Shown: positions 1 through 13,014 of the stretch, one piece after another
How positions within the stretch are numbered: the first letter of the stretch is position 1
Layout of the letters: the number at the start of each line of letters is the position of its first letter
Source of the DNA: Chiloscyllium plagiosum
Taxonomy: Eukaryota
Reading direction: 5' to 3'
Assembly: GCF_004010195.1 (NCBI RefSeq)
Contig: NC_057718.1
Span: 29,794,018-29,839,379 of the forward strand
Length of the DNA stretch: 45,362 nucleotides
The notes under the pieces: model-generated
What the model was told of the DNA's origin: nothing
What the model saw: only the letters and a program-made list of their open reading frames with translations
Database searches by the model: none
Translations under genes and position numbers: made by a program

Positions 1-470
1 AATGGCAGGATTACCTTATACTGAAAGACTGAAGCGACTGGGCTTGTATACCCTTGAGTTTCGAAGATTGAGAGGGGATCTGATTGAGACGTATAGGATT
101 ATGAAAGGATTGGACACTCTGGCAGTAGGAAACATGTTTCTGCTGATGGGTGAGTGCCGAACCAGAGGACACAGCTTAAAAATACGGTGTAGACCATTTA
201 GGACAGAGCTCAGGAGAAACCTCTTCACCCAGAGAGTGGTGGCTGTGTGGAATGCTCTGCCCCAGAGGGCAGTGGAGGCCCACTCTCTGAATTCATTTAA
301 GAAAGAGTCGGATAGAGCTCTCAAAGATGGTGGAATCAAGGGTTATGGAGATAAGGCAGGAACAGGATACTGATTAGGAATGATCAGCCATGGTTATATT
401 GAATGGCGGTGCAGGCTCGAAGGGCTGAATGGCCTACTCCTGCACCTTTTGTCTATTGTCTATTGTCTAT
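1..470 (+). mobile_element. CR1 LINE 3' end (ORF2 C-terminus, 3'UTR and short tandem tail)
   Basis: ORF 2-373 has the CR1 C-terminal motifs YTERLKRLGLYTLEFRRLRGDLIETY..RTRGH..FTQRVVAVWNALP and ends in a (ctattgt)n tail. Confidence 0.9.
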
Positions 471-1057
471 AAATGGAAAGGGTTTAGAGGGATACAGGCA
501 GAGTGCTGGCAAGTGGACAAGATCAGTTTAGGAAATATGTCAGCATGGACAAATTGGACCAAAGAGTCTGTTTTCGTTCTATATAACTCTGATTCGATAA
601 GCTATGACATGACCTCCCCTTAACTGCACCATGCTATTTTTGATTAATCCCTGCCTTTTCAAATGCAGATTAATTCTGTCTCTCAGAAGTGCTTAAAATA
701 GTATTCCTACCACTGATTGTTCTGTAGCTTCCTGGTGTATGCCTTCCTTGCTTCTTGAATAACAGTACCATAGGAATTGAAATAATTGCTAGCACCCCTG
801 CTATTTCTTCCCTTGTTTCATTTAACAGCCTGGGATATATTTTATCCATACTTGGAGGTTTATTTACTTTTTAAGCCTGCCAGGCTGCTCAGAACCTACT
901 CTATGTCTTTGTCAATTTAAGTTCATCACAACCCTTCTCCCAGATTTCTATACCCACACCATCCCTCTCAAGAGTGAACATTGACAAAGTATTCATTTAG
1001 AACCCTTACCTGTGTCCTCTCCTCCACACATAAATTACCATCATGACTCTTTAATTC

Positions 1058-1235
1058 GTCAAGCAGCATCAGAGGAACCGGAAAATCAACGTTTCGGGCA
1101 AAAGCCCTTCATCAGGCCTTTGGCCGAAACATCGATTTTCCTGCTCATCGGATGCTGCCTGACCTGCTGTGCTTTTCCAGCACCACTCTAATCTTGACTC
1201 TGATCTCCAGCATCTGCAGTCCTCACTTTCGCCTT
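1058..1235. mobile_element. Penelope-like element terminal-repeat fragment with inverted 5' part
   Basis: Same family as 2460-3001, 12804-13014 and 44651-44745. About 1060-1105 is an inverted copy of about 1120-1160. A minus-strand CTGATGA..GAAAC motif lies at 1084-1116. Confidence 0.75.
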
Positions 1236-1248
1236 TAGTGAGCCCTAC

Positions 1249-1918
1249 TGTGTCACTACAATGGCTGTAAAAGGTGTATTTTGTCCCCTTTTCTTTATGA
1301 AGGGAGATCGAGACAGAGTACAAAATATTCTGTTCCAAGTCGATAAAGTAAATAGCGTGAGGTCTTGGGGTTTCTTTTTCATAAAAAAGGAGTTAAAAAC
1401 AATAGAAGCAACATGAAGAGATAGGGTTAGGTTCCCGCAAAACCAGGATTTTAGTTCAACTATCAGTACCTGTTGGGGTTTGGAAGCTGCTATACATCTC
1501 TACCTGCTATAACATGCCCGAGTTAATTAGGCTCACTCATTACAGTTTTCCCTTGATGATCCTTCCTGCTGGATTAGAAAACTGAATGCAAGACTATCTA
1601 TTTTGCTGAATTTGCCTTGCCACAGGTATATTTATGGGTTGTTACAGTATCAGAACAGTTACTGTTTAGTTGTTGAACAATATAGTATTCTGTTAAGTTT
1701 TCTAATACAGTCAGGTTAGCCCACTTCTTCATTCTTTTGTTCGTATTTTAACTGTAGTGTAAGAATAATGTGTGTTTTGCTTCAAGTTTGACAGTGTGAT
1801 CAATCAACTTGCATCCTGAACACAACGCTCTACACTTGCATTTAAACATAAGTAGTAGTTGGGGTCTAAGCTATCTTCTTAATAGATTCTGAAAGGGGTT
1901 GTGATCTAATCCAAAACA
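1249..1918. mobile_element. Solo LTR (670 bp)
   Basis: Begins TG (1249) and ends CA (1918), flanked by the 4-bp direct repeat CTAC (1245-1248 and 1919-1922). It interrupts a degraded minus-strand CR1 whose sequence continues across the insertion. Confidence 0.7.
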
Positions 1919-2239
1919 CTACTCTTGTCCTAGTTATCCTTTTACCCTTAAGGCACTTGTAAACAAACTTCAGAAGTTCCTTCATTTCACCATTATCTTT
2001 CATGCCTTCTTTTTCTTTTCCTAATTTGATTTGTTTTAACTTTTCCCTTTGAACACTCTACACGCCTTTACAGCCTTTCCTGTTTTGAGCCCTTGAAATG
2101 TGCCATAAGACTTTCTTTTTGTTTTTATCTGATTCTGTACATGGGATATGGAGAGTTCGCTGTATTGTTCAGCTTTATTGGACATGTTACCCTGTACTCT
2201 TCGTATTTCCTTCTTGAATATGTCCCATAGCTCTGACTC

Positions 2240-3532
2240 TATATGGACTTCAGGAAGACATTCAGCAAGGTTCCTCATGGTAGACTAGTTAGCAAGGTTT
2301 GATCACTTGGAATACAGAGAGAATCAGCCATTTGGAGATAGAACTGGCTCAAAAGGTGGAAGACAGAGGGTGGGGGTGGAAGATTGCTTTTCAGACTAGA
2401 AAGCCTGTGACCAGCGGTGTGCCACAAGGGTCGGTGCGGGGTCCACTGCTTTTCAAGTAGGTAAAAACAATGTCTGCAGATGCTGGAAACCAGATTCTGG
2501 ATTAGAGTAGTGCTGGAAAAGCACAGCAGTTCAGGCAGCATCCGAGGAGAAGGAAAAATCGACGTTTCGGGCAAAAACCCTGCTCTATGCTACTTTCTCC
2601 CCACCCCCACCCTCCTCTCATTTATCTCTCCACCCTTCAGGCACTCTGCCTCTATTCCTGATGAAGGGCTTTTGGCCGAAACATCAATTTTCCTGCTCCT
2701 CGGATGCTGCCTGAACTGCTGTGCCTTTCCAGCACTACTCTAATCCAGAATCTGGTTTCCAGCATCTGCAGTCATTGTTTTTACCTGCTTGATTTTAACC
2801 CTACTGCGAATCCTCTTGCAAGGATGCCTGCCTTGAAGAAGTTTTCCTCCTCTCTCTACAAGAATCTCAGGAAGTCCCTCTCCNNNNNNNNNNNNNNNNN
2901 NNNNNNNNNNGGCACTCTGCCTCTATTCCTGATGAAGGGCTTTTGCCCGAAACGTCGATTTTCCTGCTCCTCGGATGCTGCCTGAACTGCTGTGCTTTTC
3001 CTCCACTGACTATAGGAGTTGGGAGGTCATGCTGTCCAGGACATTGGTTAGACCACTTTTGGAATATTGTGTGCAATTCTGGTCTCCTTGCTATAGGGAG
3101 GATGTTGTGAATCTTGAAAGGGTTCAGAAAAAGATTGAGAAGGATATGCCAGGGTTGGAGGGTGTGAGCGAGAGGGAGAGGCTGAATAGACTGGGCTGTT
3201 TTCCCTCAAGAGTCAAGAGGCTGAGGGGTGATCTTATAGAGGTTTATAAAATCATAAGGGGAATGGTTAGGGTCATTGACAAGGTCTTTCCCCTGGGGTG
3301 AGCGAGTCCAGAACTCGAGAAGGCATGGGTTTATGGTGAGAAGGGAAAGATTTAAAAGGGACCTAAGAGGCAACTATTTCCACGCAGAGGGTGGTGTGTG
3401 CATGGAATGAGCTGCCAGAGGAAGTGGAGGAGTCTAGTATAATTACAACATTTAAAAGGTAAATGGGACTAGGTGAATTTATGATAGCTAGAGGACAGAG
3501 GAGTCTATTTCCATGCTGTACATCTCTATGAC
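2240..3532 (+). mobile_element. CR1 LINE fragment interrupted by a PLE insertion (2460-3001)
   Basis: RT motif MDFRKTFSKVPHGRLVSKV at about 2243. After the insertion come RSWEVMLSRTLVRPLLEYCVQFWSP..LRGDLIEVYKI and a CR1 3'UTR. Confidence 0.85.
2460..3001 (+). mobile_element. Penelope-like element ends: inverted terminal repeat, terminal repeat, short following sequence, 27-N gap, second direct terminal repeat
   Basis: 2460-2581 is the reverse complement of about 2665-2785. 2641-2730 is directly repeated at 2911-3001 across the N gap at 2884-2910. The same repeat is attached to PLE coding sequence at 44651-45362. Confidence 0.8.
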
Positions 3533-3585
3533 ACAGATTTACCTAAAAGAATATGCTCCCAGTCAATTTTGGCCAATCTTAATAA

Positions 3586-3888
3586 AGATTAGATTCGATT
3601 ACAGTATGGAAACAGGCCCTTCGGCCCAACAAGCCCACACCGACCTGCCGAAGTGCAACCCACCCATACTCCTTCACCTACACTACGGGCAATTTAGCAT
3701 GGCCAATTCACATGACCTGCACATCTTTGGACTGTGGGAAGAAACCGGAGCACCCGAAGGAAACCCACGCAGACAAGGGGAGAATGTGCAAACTCCACAG
3801 AGTCAGTCAGTCACCTGAGGTGGGAATTGAACCCAGGTCTCTGGCGCTGTGAGGCAGCAGTGCTAGCCACTGAGCCACCATGCCACCC
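3586..3888 (-). mobile_element. HE1-type tRNA-derived V-SINE
   Basis: Minus strand reads GGCATGGTGGCTCAGTGGCTAGCACTGCTGCCTCACAGCGCC..GGTTCAATTCC (A/B boxes), then the TGTGGAGTTTGCACATTCTCC body and an (aatct)n tail. Confidence 0.9.
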
Positions 3889-3889
3889 A

Positions 3890-5120
3890 TAAAATCAGCC
3901 TTCTTCCAGTTTCAAACTTCAATTGCAGGCCGATCCATGTCCTTTTTGATAATAATCTTGAATCTAACAAAGTTATGATCACTATCTGCACAATGCTCTC
4001 CAACTGATTTTTCAACAACTTGTCTGGCTTCATTACGTAAAATTAAATCCAGGACCGTCCCCTCATGAATGACCTTTACATACTGGCTTTAAATAAATGC
4101 ATTAAGGACTTCTACTCCCTTGAAACATTTCATATTGTGATCACTCAATGTCAGGGAAGATGAAATCACCCACGATCACTACCGTATTATATTTACACTT
4201 CTGAAATTTGCATACTTATCTGCGACTGTACGTCTGACTGTTAGGGGGCCTACAATACTCTCCCAGCAATGCAACTGCTTCTTTTGGTTTTCACGTTCTA
4301 TCCATATGGCTTCATTTAAGAAGTCTTCAATAATGTAATTCTTCCTTAATGCTGTAATTCACTTCCTAATCAATACTGCAACACCCCCTTCCTCCTTTAC
4401 CTCCTTCCCTTCGTCACCTGAAGACCTTATACTCTGGAATACTGAAAAGCCAATATTGTCCCTCTCAAACCTGACTCAGTCACAGCAATGAAATCACACC
4501 CCCATGCTTTAATTTGCACACTCAACTCAGCTGCCTGGTTTGTAAGATTCTTTGTATTTAAAGTAAATACCATCTAATCTTGCCAAAATCTTTTGTGCCT
4601 TCATTGGCCTTTGATTTCTATGCCTTCCTCATTCACTTTCTGTCTCTTCTAATTTTGATCATGCACCTCCCCCTTTTTAGTTTTCACAGAGGAACCCATG
4701 CCCATGTCAAATTAGTTTAAACCCTCCCTAACAGCACAAGCAAACCTTCTCGAGAGAGACTGGTCCCACTAAAGTTCAGATACAACTCATCCAACACGTA
4801 CAGATCCTACCACGCCCAATGGAATAGAGAAACTCATCAGCCACGACTGAAGCAGAGCAAATTTGATAGGCTGAATGGTGTAATTTCTGCTCTTATGTCT
4901 TACGGTCTAAAACCAGTCCCAGTGTCCCAAAAGTCTAACGACCTTCCTCCTGCGCCATCTCTCCAACCACAGAGTCATCTGGACCAACTTCCTATTTCTA
5001 TACCCAATAGCATGTGGCATCAGAAGTAATCCAGAGATGACTTTTTTGGATCCTGTTTTCAATATATTTCCGAGCCCCCTAAACTCTGCTAGCAAGATGT
5101 CAACACCTTGTCTACCTTTG
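3890..5120 (-). mobile_element. Old degraded CR1 LINE (endonuclease / ORF1 region)
   Basis: Collinear similarity to the better preserved CR1 at about 41.3-42.3 kb (e.g. gttagggggcctacaatac, atcactatctgcacaatgctctccaactga). No intact ORF. Confidence 0.65.
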
Positions 5121-5122
5121 TA

Positions 5123-6058
5123 CAGGTACATAATCCTTTATCCAAATAACAGCTGGCCTCAAGGGTTTCAGAATTCAGAATTTTTCAGATTTCTGAATAA
5201 GTGACAGTTTAATAGAGTCATAGAGGTGTACAGCATGGAAATAGACACTTTGGTCCAACCCGTCCATGCCGACCAGATATCCCAACCCAATCTAGTCCCA
5301 CCTGCCAGCACCCAGCCCATATCCCTTCAAGCCCTTCCTATTCATATACCCATCCAAATGCCTCTTAAATGTTGCAATTGTACCAATCCTCTGGCAGCTC
5401 ATTCCACACATGTACCACCTCTGTGTGAAAAAGTTGCCCATAGGTCTCTTTTATATCTTTCCCCTCTCACCCTAGTCCTATGCCCTCTAGCTCTGGACTC
5501 CACCACCCCAGGGAAAAGACTTTGTCTATTTATCCTATCCATGTTCCTCATAATTTTGTAAACCTCTATAAGGTCACCCCTACAGGCTTCCAGTCTGAAA
5601 AACAACCGTCCAACACCACCCTCTGTCTTCTATCTTTGAGCCAGTTCTGTATCCAAATGGCTAGTTCTCCCTGTATTTCATGAGATCTAACCTTGCTAAT
5701 CAGTCTCCCACGGAGAACCTTGTCGAACCCTTACTGAAGTCCATATAGATCACATCTACCGTTCTGCCCTCATCAATCTTCTTTGTTACTTCTTCAAAAC
5801 TGTGACATTTTTAAAAATCTTATCGAATAGCAAATGCATCTGAGTGTACTATGGGTCCTTTGACAGAACTGACGCCTGCCAGTGCTGGGTCATGTCCCCA
5901 TGTCACATCTGCAAGACCTACGTTGAGTGCATGTGGAGTTGAGTCACCTGTTTGCACGCCAAATAACCTTGTTAATGAAGAAAAAAACTTCACGAGAAAA
6001 ACTTGGGATGTCTGAGCTTTTCAGATTTTGTAATTTTGGATAAAGGATTATCTACCTG
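5123..6058. mobile_element. Non-autonomous Tc1/mariner-superfamily (Tigger/pogo-like) DNA transposon, MITE
   Basis: 24-bp terminal inverted repeats matching at 23/24: caggtacataatcctttatccaaa (5123-5146) and tttggataaaggattatctacctg (6035-6058). TA lies immediately to the left, while the right side reads AA. A CR1 is inserted inside. Confidence 0.75.
5213..5797 (-). mobile_element. CR1 LINE 3' fragment with internal deletion, nested in the MITE
   Basis: ORF 5399-5605 (-) reads GDLIEVYKIMRNMDR..SRARGH. The 3' tail tagagtcatagag is present, and the jump at about 5580 skips most of the RT. Confidence 0.85.
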
Positions 6059-6559
6059 AACTAGCATCAGTACATACCACAATCTGTTTGTTCTCACCTT
6101 TAGAATGCCCTACAGCCATGACATTTTTGGTACCAGGGAGGCAACATGCCATCCTGGAGGCTCTTCCTGCAGCTGAACAACTGCCTATCTGTTCCCATTA
6201 CAACTGAATACCCTACCACTAACTTTTCAATCCTGCTTCCTCCCACCTTGTGCAGCAAACCTGCCCATAGTGGAACTTATATCACTCTCATTGAGCACAG
6301 TCATCACCCCAACAGTATCCAAACCAATATATCTGTTAAAAAGGAGATGATCACAGGGCACTCCTGCATTATCTGCCTTCTTGTACTCTAGCAGGTGGTC
6401 ACCCATGCACTGTATACTCAGTCTTCGCCTATGGTGTGACCAACTCACGAATCTGCAAAAGGAGAAACAGGAGAATACATCAGATGAATACATGGCTATA
6501 ACAGTGTAAGGGGAAGGGTTTCAGGTTCCTGTAGCACTGGGGACTAGTCCAAGCTGGAC

Positions 6560-9500
6560 AGCACCAAAACTGATGTCCTGAGGAAGTATCTGCTCATGCA
6601 GTTGATTTAAACTAAAATGACGAGCGGTTGGAACCCTCTACAGGGGGCCAGGCAAAAACAAAAGACAGAATGGGAATTAGAAAAATTTGGAGAATTCAAG
6701 GGTAAGAATCAAAGAGCCACTGCATAAAATGATGTGAATGGAACTAAAAAGACAAACCTTAATGTCTTGTGCCTGAAGAACACATAGTTGCAAAGAGATA
6801 TAAATAGGTATGATATAGTTGAGATTACAGATACTTGGCTGCAAGGTGACCAAGAATAGGAACTGAATGTCCAAGGATATTTACTTTTTGGAAAGGACAA
6901 AGAGGTGGTAAGGTAGCATTGTTGATTAAAGAGAAAATTAACAACATTAAGAATATTAGATTTGGCGAAATAGAATCTGCTGGGCAGCACTTAAAAACAC
7001 CAAGAGGTAGAAAACTATAGTGAAGGCTGTACATGGAACCCCAAAACTATAGTAGCAATGATGGGGAAGGCATTTAAGAGGAACCAAGAGACACAAGCAA
7101 TAACAATACGCTGTAATTATGGGTGGCTTCAATCTGTATAAAAATTGGGCATTTCAAATTAGTTGTATTACTATAGCGGAGGAATTCCTGGAGTGTGTGG
7201 GGGATGGCTTTCTGGATCAATACATTGAGGAAACTAGGGAACAGGTGCTCTTAGACTGGGTAATGTGCTATGAGAAAATAATTAGCACTCTAGCCGTGCA
7301 AGGCGTGAAGAGTGGCAAAGAGTGACTGTATTATGATTGCATGTTAATGGAGAATTCAGAGTGACAGATAATTCCAACACAAGTCTCCTGAATCTAAGTA
7401 AGTGAACTATGATGGTATGAGGCATGAACGGCTACAATAAATACAGGAACATTTCTAAAAGGGATGATGGTGGACATTCAAATATGTAAAGAGCAAATGC
7501 AGAAACTGCTACAAATGTTCATTCCTGCCAGGCACAAGAATAAAGCAAGGTGACCCAACCATAGCGAACAAGGGAAATTCGGGATAGTATCAGATCCAAA
7601 GAAAGGACATTCAAATTGGCCAAAAGAAGCAGAAGAGCTGAGGACTGGAAAGTGGTTTAGAAATGGGAGTACAAAGGGACTGATTAAGAAAGCAAAAGTA
7701 GAGTACAAGAGTAAACTTGCAAGGCACATGACTACTGACATTTTTCAATCAGTTTGAAAAGATAAAAAGATTGAAGATAAATGAAACAAAGAGGGAGCAA
7801 ACCAATTAAATACATACTTTGCTGTTCTTTGAAGTTGTATTGAGAACCAGAAATAAACCCCAAAAAATGGTGGTTTACACAAGGTCCAGTCAAAGGGCGA
7901 AAGTAAAGGAAATCAGCATTAGTAGCGAAACGCTGTTGGGGAAATTGATAACTGAACCCAAGGGCCTAATAATCTGCCTCCCAGATTTAAAGAAGTTGGC
8001 CTAGAAATAGTGAATGCACTGTTGCTTGTCTTTCAAGATTCTATGGACTTTGGAACAGTTGCTATGGATTCATGGATAGCTAATGTAACCCCTCCATTTA
8101 CAAAAGAAGTCAAGAGAAAACAATGAATTATACACCATTAACCTAACGTCATTCGTGGCAAAAATGCTCGAGTCCATTATAAAGGGTTTGATAGTGGAGC
8201 ACTTGGAAATCAGTGACATCATCAGACAGGAGTGGTATAGATTTACTGAAGGGAAATCCTGCTTATCAAATGTATTAGAATTTTTCAAGTATGTAACTAG
8301 TAGAGTTGATTGGGAAGCCAATGAATGTGGCTTATTTGGACTCTCAAATGCTTTCAAAAACGTCCCATTTAAGAGATTAGCATATAAAATTAAAGCGCAT
8401 GGAATTGGGGACAATGTGCTCCCATGGATTGAGAACTGGTTGACAGTCAGGAAACAAAGATTATGACTAAACAGGTTTCCAAGTGGCAGGCAGTGACTAG
8501 TTGGGTGCCAGAGGAATCAGTGTTTGGACCCCAGTTATTCACTATATGTTAATGATTTAAATTAGGGAACTAAATGTAATATCACCAGATTTGCAGATGC
8601 AATATATCAAGGTGGGTTGTGAGGAGGATGCAGAGATGCTGAAAAGATTCAGTGGTCAAAGCATGGCAGATGAAGGAATGCATGGAGAAATGTGAAGTTA
8701 TTTAAGTTGGTAGCAAAAACAGGAAGGCAGATTATCTGAATGGCAACAGATTGGGAAAGGAGATGCAGCAACATAACATCGGTGCCCTAGCACACCAGCT
8801 GCTGCAACCAAGCATGCAGGTGCAACAGGTGAAGGTGGCAAATAATATATTGACCATCAAATGACCATCAGGGCCTTGCTGAGACCACACCTGGAATAGT
8901 GTGTGCACTTTGGTATCCTTATCTGAGGAAGGAAGCTCAGGCTATTGAGGGAGTGCAACAAAAAAAAAATCACCAAATTTATTGCTGGGAAGGCAAGACT
9001 GACATAGAAAGAGAAAGACTGGATTGCTCAGGACTACATTCACTGTAGCATGGAATAATGAGGCAGGATCTCAGAACTGAAATTGTAATTGGACAGGGTA
9101 AATGCTAGAAGGGTGTTCCCAATGACTGCTAAGTTTATCAAAGTTTAAAGATACAGGGCTGGCCAATTTGGCCTGAGATAAGAAGAATATTTTCACCAAG
9201 ACAATGGTGTGCCTATGGAATTCATTGCCACAGAGAAAGAGGTTGAGCTTAAAACACTGAACATTTTCAATGAGTTAAATATAGTTATATAGTTATAGAG
9301 TCAGAGTCACGCAGCACAGACCCTTCAATCCAACTCATGTATGCCGACCACAATTCCAAACTACAACACTCCACTTGACCCACATCCCTCCAAACATTTC
9401 TTATTCATGTACTTATCCAAATTCTTAATTGTTGCAACTATAGGGGCAACTATACCTTTATCAATGACTTCCTCAGGACGTTCATTCACATGAACCACTG

Positions 9501-9880
9501 TGTAAAAAATTTGTCCCCATGTCCTTTTTAAATCCTTCTCTTCTTACCTTAAAATTATGACCTCCGAGTCATGAAATCCCCTGAGGAGAAAGACACCTGC
9601 CATTCACCTTATCTATTCCCCTCATGATTTTATAAACCTCTTAGATCACCTCTCATCCTCCTAAGCTCCAATAAAAAAAAAGGTCCCAGCCTGTCCAGAC
9701 TCTTCTTACAGCTCAAACCCTCCATTCCCAGCAACATCTCAGAACTAAATAGATAGAAGAATATGACGAGCTAGCGGATACAAGGTGCCAAGTTGTATGA
9801 TCAATGATGATTATGTTGTATAGCAGAGCAGATTCAAAAGGCCAAATGGCCTACTCCTGCTCACAGTTTTTCCTATGTTG
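6560..9880 (+). mobile_element. Degraded long CR1 LINE (endonuclease-RT), with a minus-strand CR1 3' piece inserted at about 9290-9740
   Basis: ITDTWL-like and GGFN endonuclease motifs (6825-7135), RT segment KMLESII..GKSCLSNVLEFF..KIKAHGI..WIENWL (8155-8466) and a CR1 3'UTR at 9750-9880. Confidence 0.8.
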
Positions 9881-10420
9881 CAGATCGACAGATGCCTGTA
9901 AGAGGGATTATGGACAGAATACATCCTTAAACATGTCCTGTCATATATTCTGGTTATGCCTTTGCATTAAGCCATTATGGACAACAGCCCAGGAAATCAA
10001 AGGTTTCGACCAAAGTCAACAAGTCCACCTTATGCTCTATGGGCCTGCTCAAAAGGATGATGAATCACCCAAAACAAGTGGACTAGCACAGCTCATTACT
10101 AATTCCAAGGTGTAGAATGCAATGTCAGCTACAAATACGAATGAAAGAAAAGGAGAACACCTAGCAATGAAATCAAATGATGCCTGGACTCTCACTGAAA
10201 CCATACTGAGGATTCCTCTCAAAAATCTAAAAACAAGCTAGCCTTTTTGTGAAACAATCGCTCCAACCTTGCTAAAAATCAGGCCCAACTAACAATGACC
10301 AATATGCAGAATTTCTCCAAAAGTCAAATTAACAGAGCCATGCAAGCTGCCTAAGCCTCCAAATGATATAAAGTAAAGTTCTGCTGCATGCACTACGTAG
10401 ACTTAATAAATCATAAGTAC

Positions 10421-10727
10421 GATTAGATTAGATCAGATCCCCCTACAGTGTGGAAACAGGCCCTTCGGCCCAACCAGTCCACACCGTAACCCACGCAGAC
10501 CCATTTCCCTTTAATACACCTAACACTGTGGGCAATTTAGCATGGCCAATTCACCTGACCTGCACATCTTTGGACTGTGGGAGGAAACCGGAGCACCTGG
10601 AGGAAACCCACACAGACATGGCGAGAATGTGCAAACTCCACACGGACAGTCACCAGAGGCTGGAATCGAACCTGAGACCCTGGTGCTGTGAGGCAGCAGT
10701 GCTAGCCACTGAGCCACCGTGCCGCCC
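10421..10727 (-). mobile_element. HE1-type V-SINE
   Basis: Full tRNA-like head GGGCGGCACGGTGGCTCAGTGG, body, and (aatct)n tail. Confidence 0.9.
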
Positions 10728-12803
10728 TGTGTGCACGAATATATAACTCAGTACAATATCCTCAAAATATCTGAATGTACCCCTAATTTCAGAATTTTTT
10801 CAAAAAATGTCCACTTGCATGGACAACAGCATGAAAACGCGATTTAAACTAAAGAATAAAATTTTACCATTGGTACCGTAAAAGTGTTAAAACTTTTAAT
10901 CAAAAACGTCAGTAAACATACATCCTTCTCATTGTTTACTTATGGTGTATTTCACATATACTTGTGAAGGATTTTATAATAAATCTACAAAAAATATTTG
11001 CATAAAATCCATAAACACTTCCATGCTTTCTGATGCTAATTCCATCACTTGGGATACATTGGATTCCCTGACAGTATAATGTCATAATAGGATTCTGTAA
11101 TTATGGCAGTCAACAATGCAAGAATACTTTAAATGCATTATGAATAAAAGCAGTTTCAAGCTTTGGTCACTGGGAGGCTCTGCAGAATTTATCTTCTTCA
11201 AACTTGCTTTAACTTTCGAATCAAATCAAGAAGCCAGATGAGCATTTTTACATGCAAGTTAAAACATGAAACAGGACCCATGTCAGGCCCCATGACCCAT
11301 AACCTTTCACTTGTACAACTCTTCTAATCACATTCACCCACTTATCCAATGTCATCTTAAGTGCTGACAATCTCTTGCTTCAAATACAAACCAAAGCAAA
11401 TTTCATAGTTTATTTTATAAAAAATATCTGATATCATCTTGTGTTGAAGGCATCTCGCTCAATTTCTCAATTGGAGGTAACAGTCTGCTTCTTGTCTCAC
11501 TCAATTTAAATTTGGTCATACTATTTAACAGGTGTCAATCAAATGAAAAAGATGCAATTGATTTCTTATTTCTATTTTCAAAACTTATTTTGAAATTCTG
11601 GACAACTTTATAGAACCCTTGGAAAAAAACTAAAATTATTTTGTAGCAACCTGAATTTCAACATGCGCCACACGAAGGTTCGAATAACTACCCACACATA
11701 GGCAACAGCATATTCATTGGTGTATCAGGAAACTTCCACTCAGGTAGTACTTTGCCTACAGCATAACATGGTTGGATAATAAAACCATGTGCCACAACAA
11801 CTCAAAGCCTTCTATACTTCCGATCTGCACACTGGATTGTTCAATTTAAAAAGGAACTGTTCACCCACATTCCATATGAGCACCTAAACCTAATTAGGTG
11901 AATTTTTTCTCTCTGCTTTTTTATCAAAAATGGCAGAACGTGATTTTGCACCTTTTGAATAATCATAATTCTTCTTAATAAGCAGCTCTGAATTCACTAA
12001 AAAGTACACCCGACACACCCCTTATTTGAAAGGTTTCCGATCATGCTGATTTCCTTTTTATAAATAATCTTATTCTACACTTTTCAAGTAATCTTCTCGA
12101 GGGCAATTAGGGTTGGGAAATTAATGTTGTCTTAGCCAACAATACCTATGTCCCACGAAGAAATAAGTTTAGAAACGTTCAAGTCGCTGAAGATGCATGC
12201 TCCAAAGCAGATGGACAACCCGACCAAACCTACATTTGCTCAAGGACGCAAACACATTTGACAACTTCAAAACTCTTTAAAAAGATGTGCAGTATTTTAG
12301 GTTCAGTTATTCTCCTGCTTCATCTCATTTACTTTTTATCTCCTTTTCCTTCGAGTTCATTTCTTCCCTATCCCCATTCAAAATTACACCTGTTTTTCAT
12401 CCATAAATTCACGTGTAATGACCCACTAACTTTGCACCTTAGCATTACCTTGAAGTCACAGTATGAGGGATGTGTTTTGATAATGCCTAGCAAGGTTCCA
12501 AATTTTAGTCATGAATCCCAGAATCATAGATGCCTTATGGCACACAGAGGCCATTCAGTCCATTGCACCCAAATGAGCTCTTAAAATGAGCATCATTACC
12601 TTGTGCCAATCACCTGCTTTCTTTACTTGTCTTTGCACACTAGTTTTATACAAATGATCATCAAAATTCCTCCTAAATGCTTCAATTGAACCGGTTTACA
12701 CCACAGTTCCCGCAGTGCATTCTAATCCAAACTATTTTCTGAGTGAAAGATTTTTTTCCCTCACCTCACCCTTGCTCCCCTTGTACATCACATGTAATTC
12801 AGT

Positions 12804-13014
12804 GGTGCTGGAAAAGCACAGCAGTTCAGGCAGCATCTGAGCAGCAGGAAAATCGACGTTTCAGGCAAAAGCCCTTCATCCTGTATTCCTGATGAAGGGC
12901 TTTTGCCCGAAACGTCGATTTTCCTGCTCCTCGGATGCAGCCTGAACTGCTGTGCTTTTCCAGCACCACTCTAATCCAGATCTGGTTTCCAGCATCTGCA
13001 GTCATTGTTTTTAC
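12804..13014 (+). mobile_element. Fold-back PLE terminal-repeat insertion with 15-bp TSD
   Basis: Inverted arms 12801-12880 and 12891-12970 (76/80 complementary, 10-nt loop). TSD cacatgtaattcagt at 12789-12803 and 13015-13029. Confidence 0.85.
12885..12920 (+). ncRNA. Minimal type-I hammerhead ribozyme motif (PLE-associated)
   Basis: attc-CTGATGA-a-GGGC-tttt-GCCC-GAAAC-GTC-gatt: core boxes, 4-bp stem II, palindromic ACGT stem III and a weak stem I. Identical copies occur at 2925-2960 (+) and 44706-44741 (-). Confidence 0.6.
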
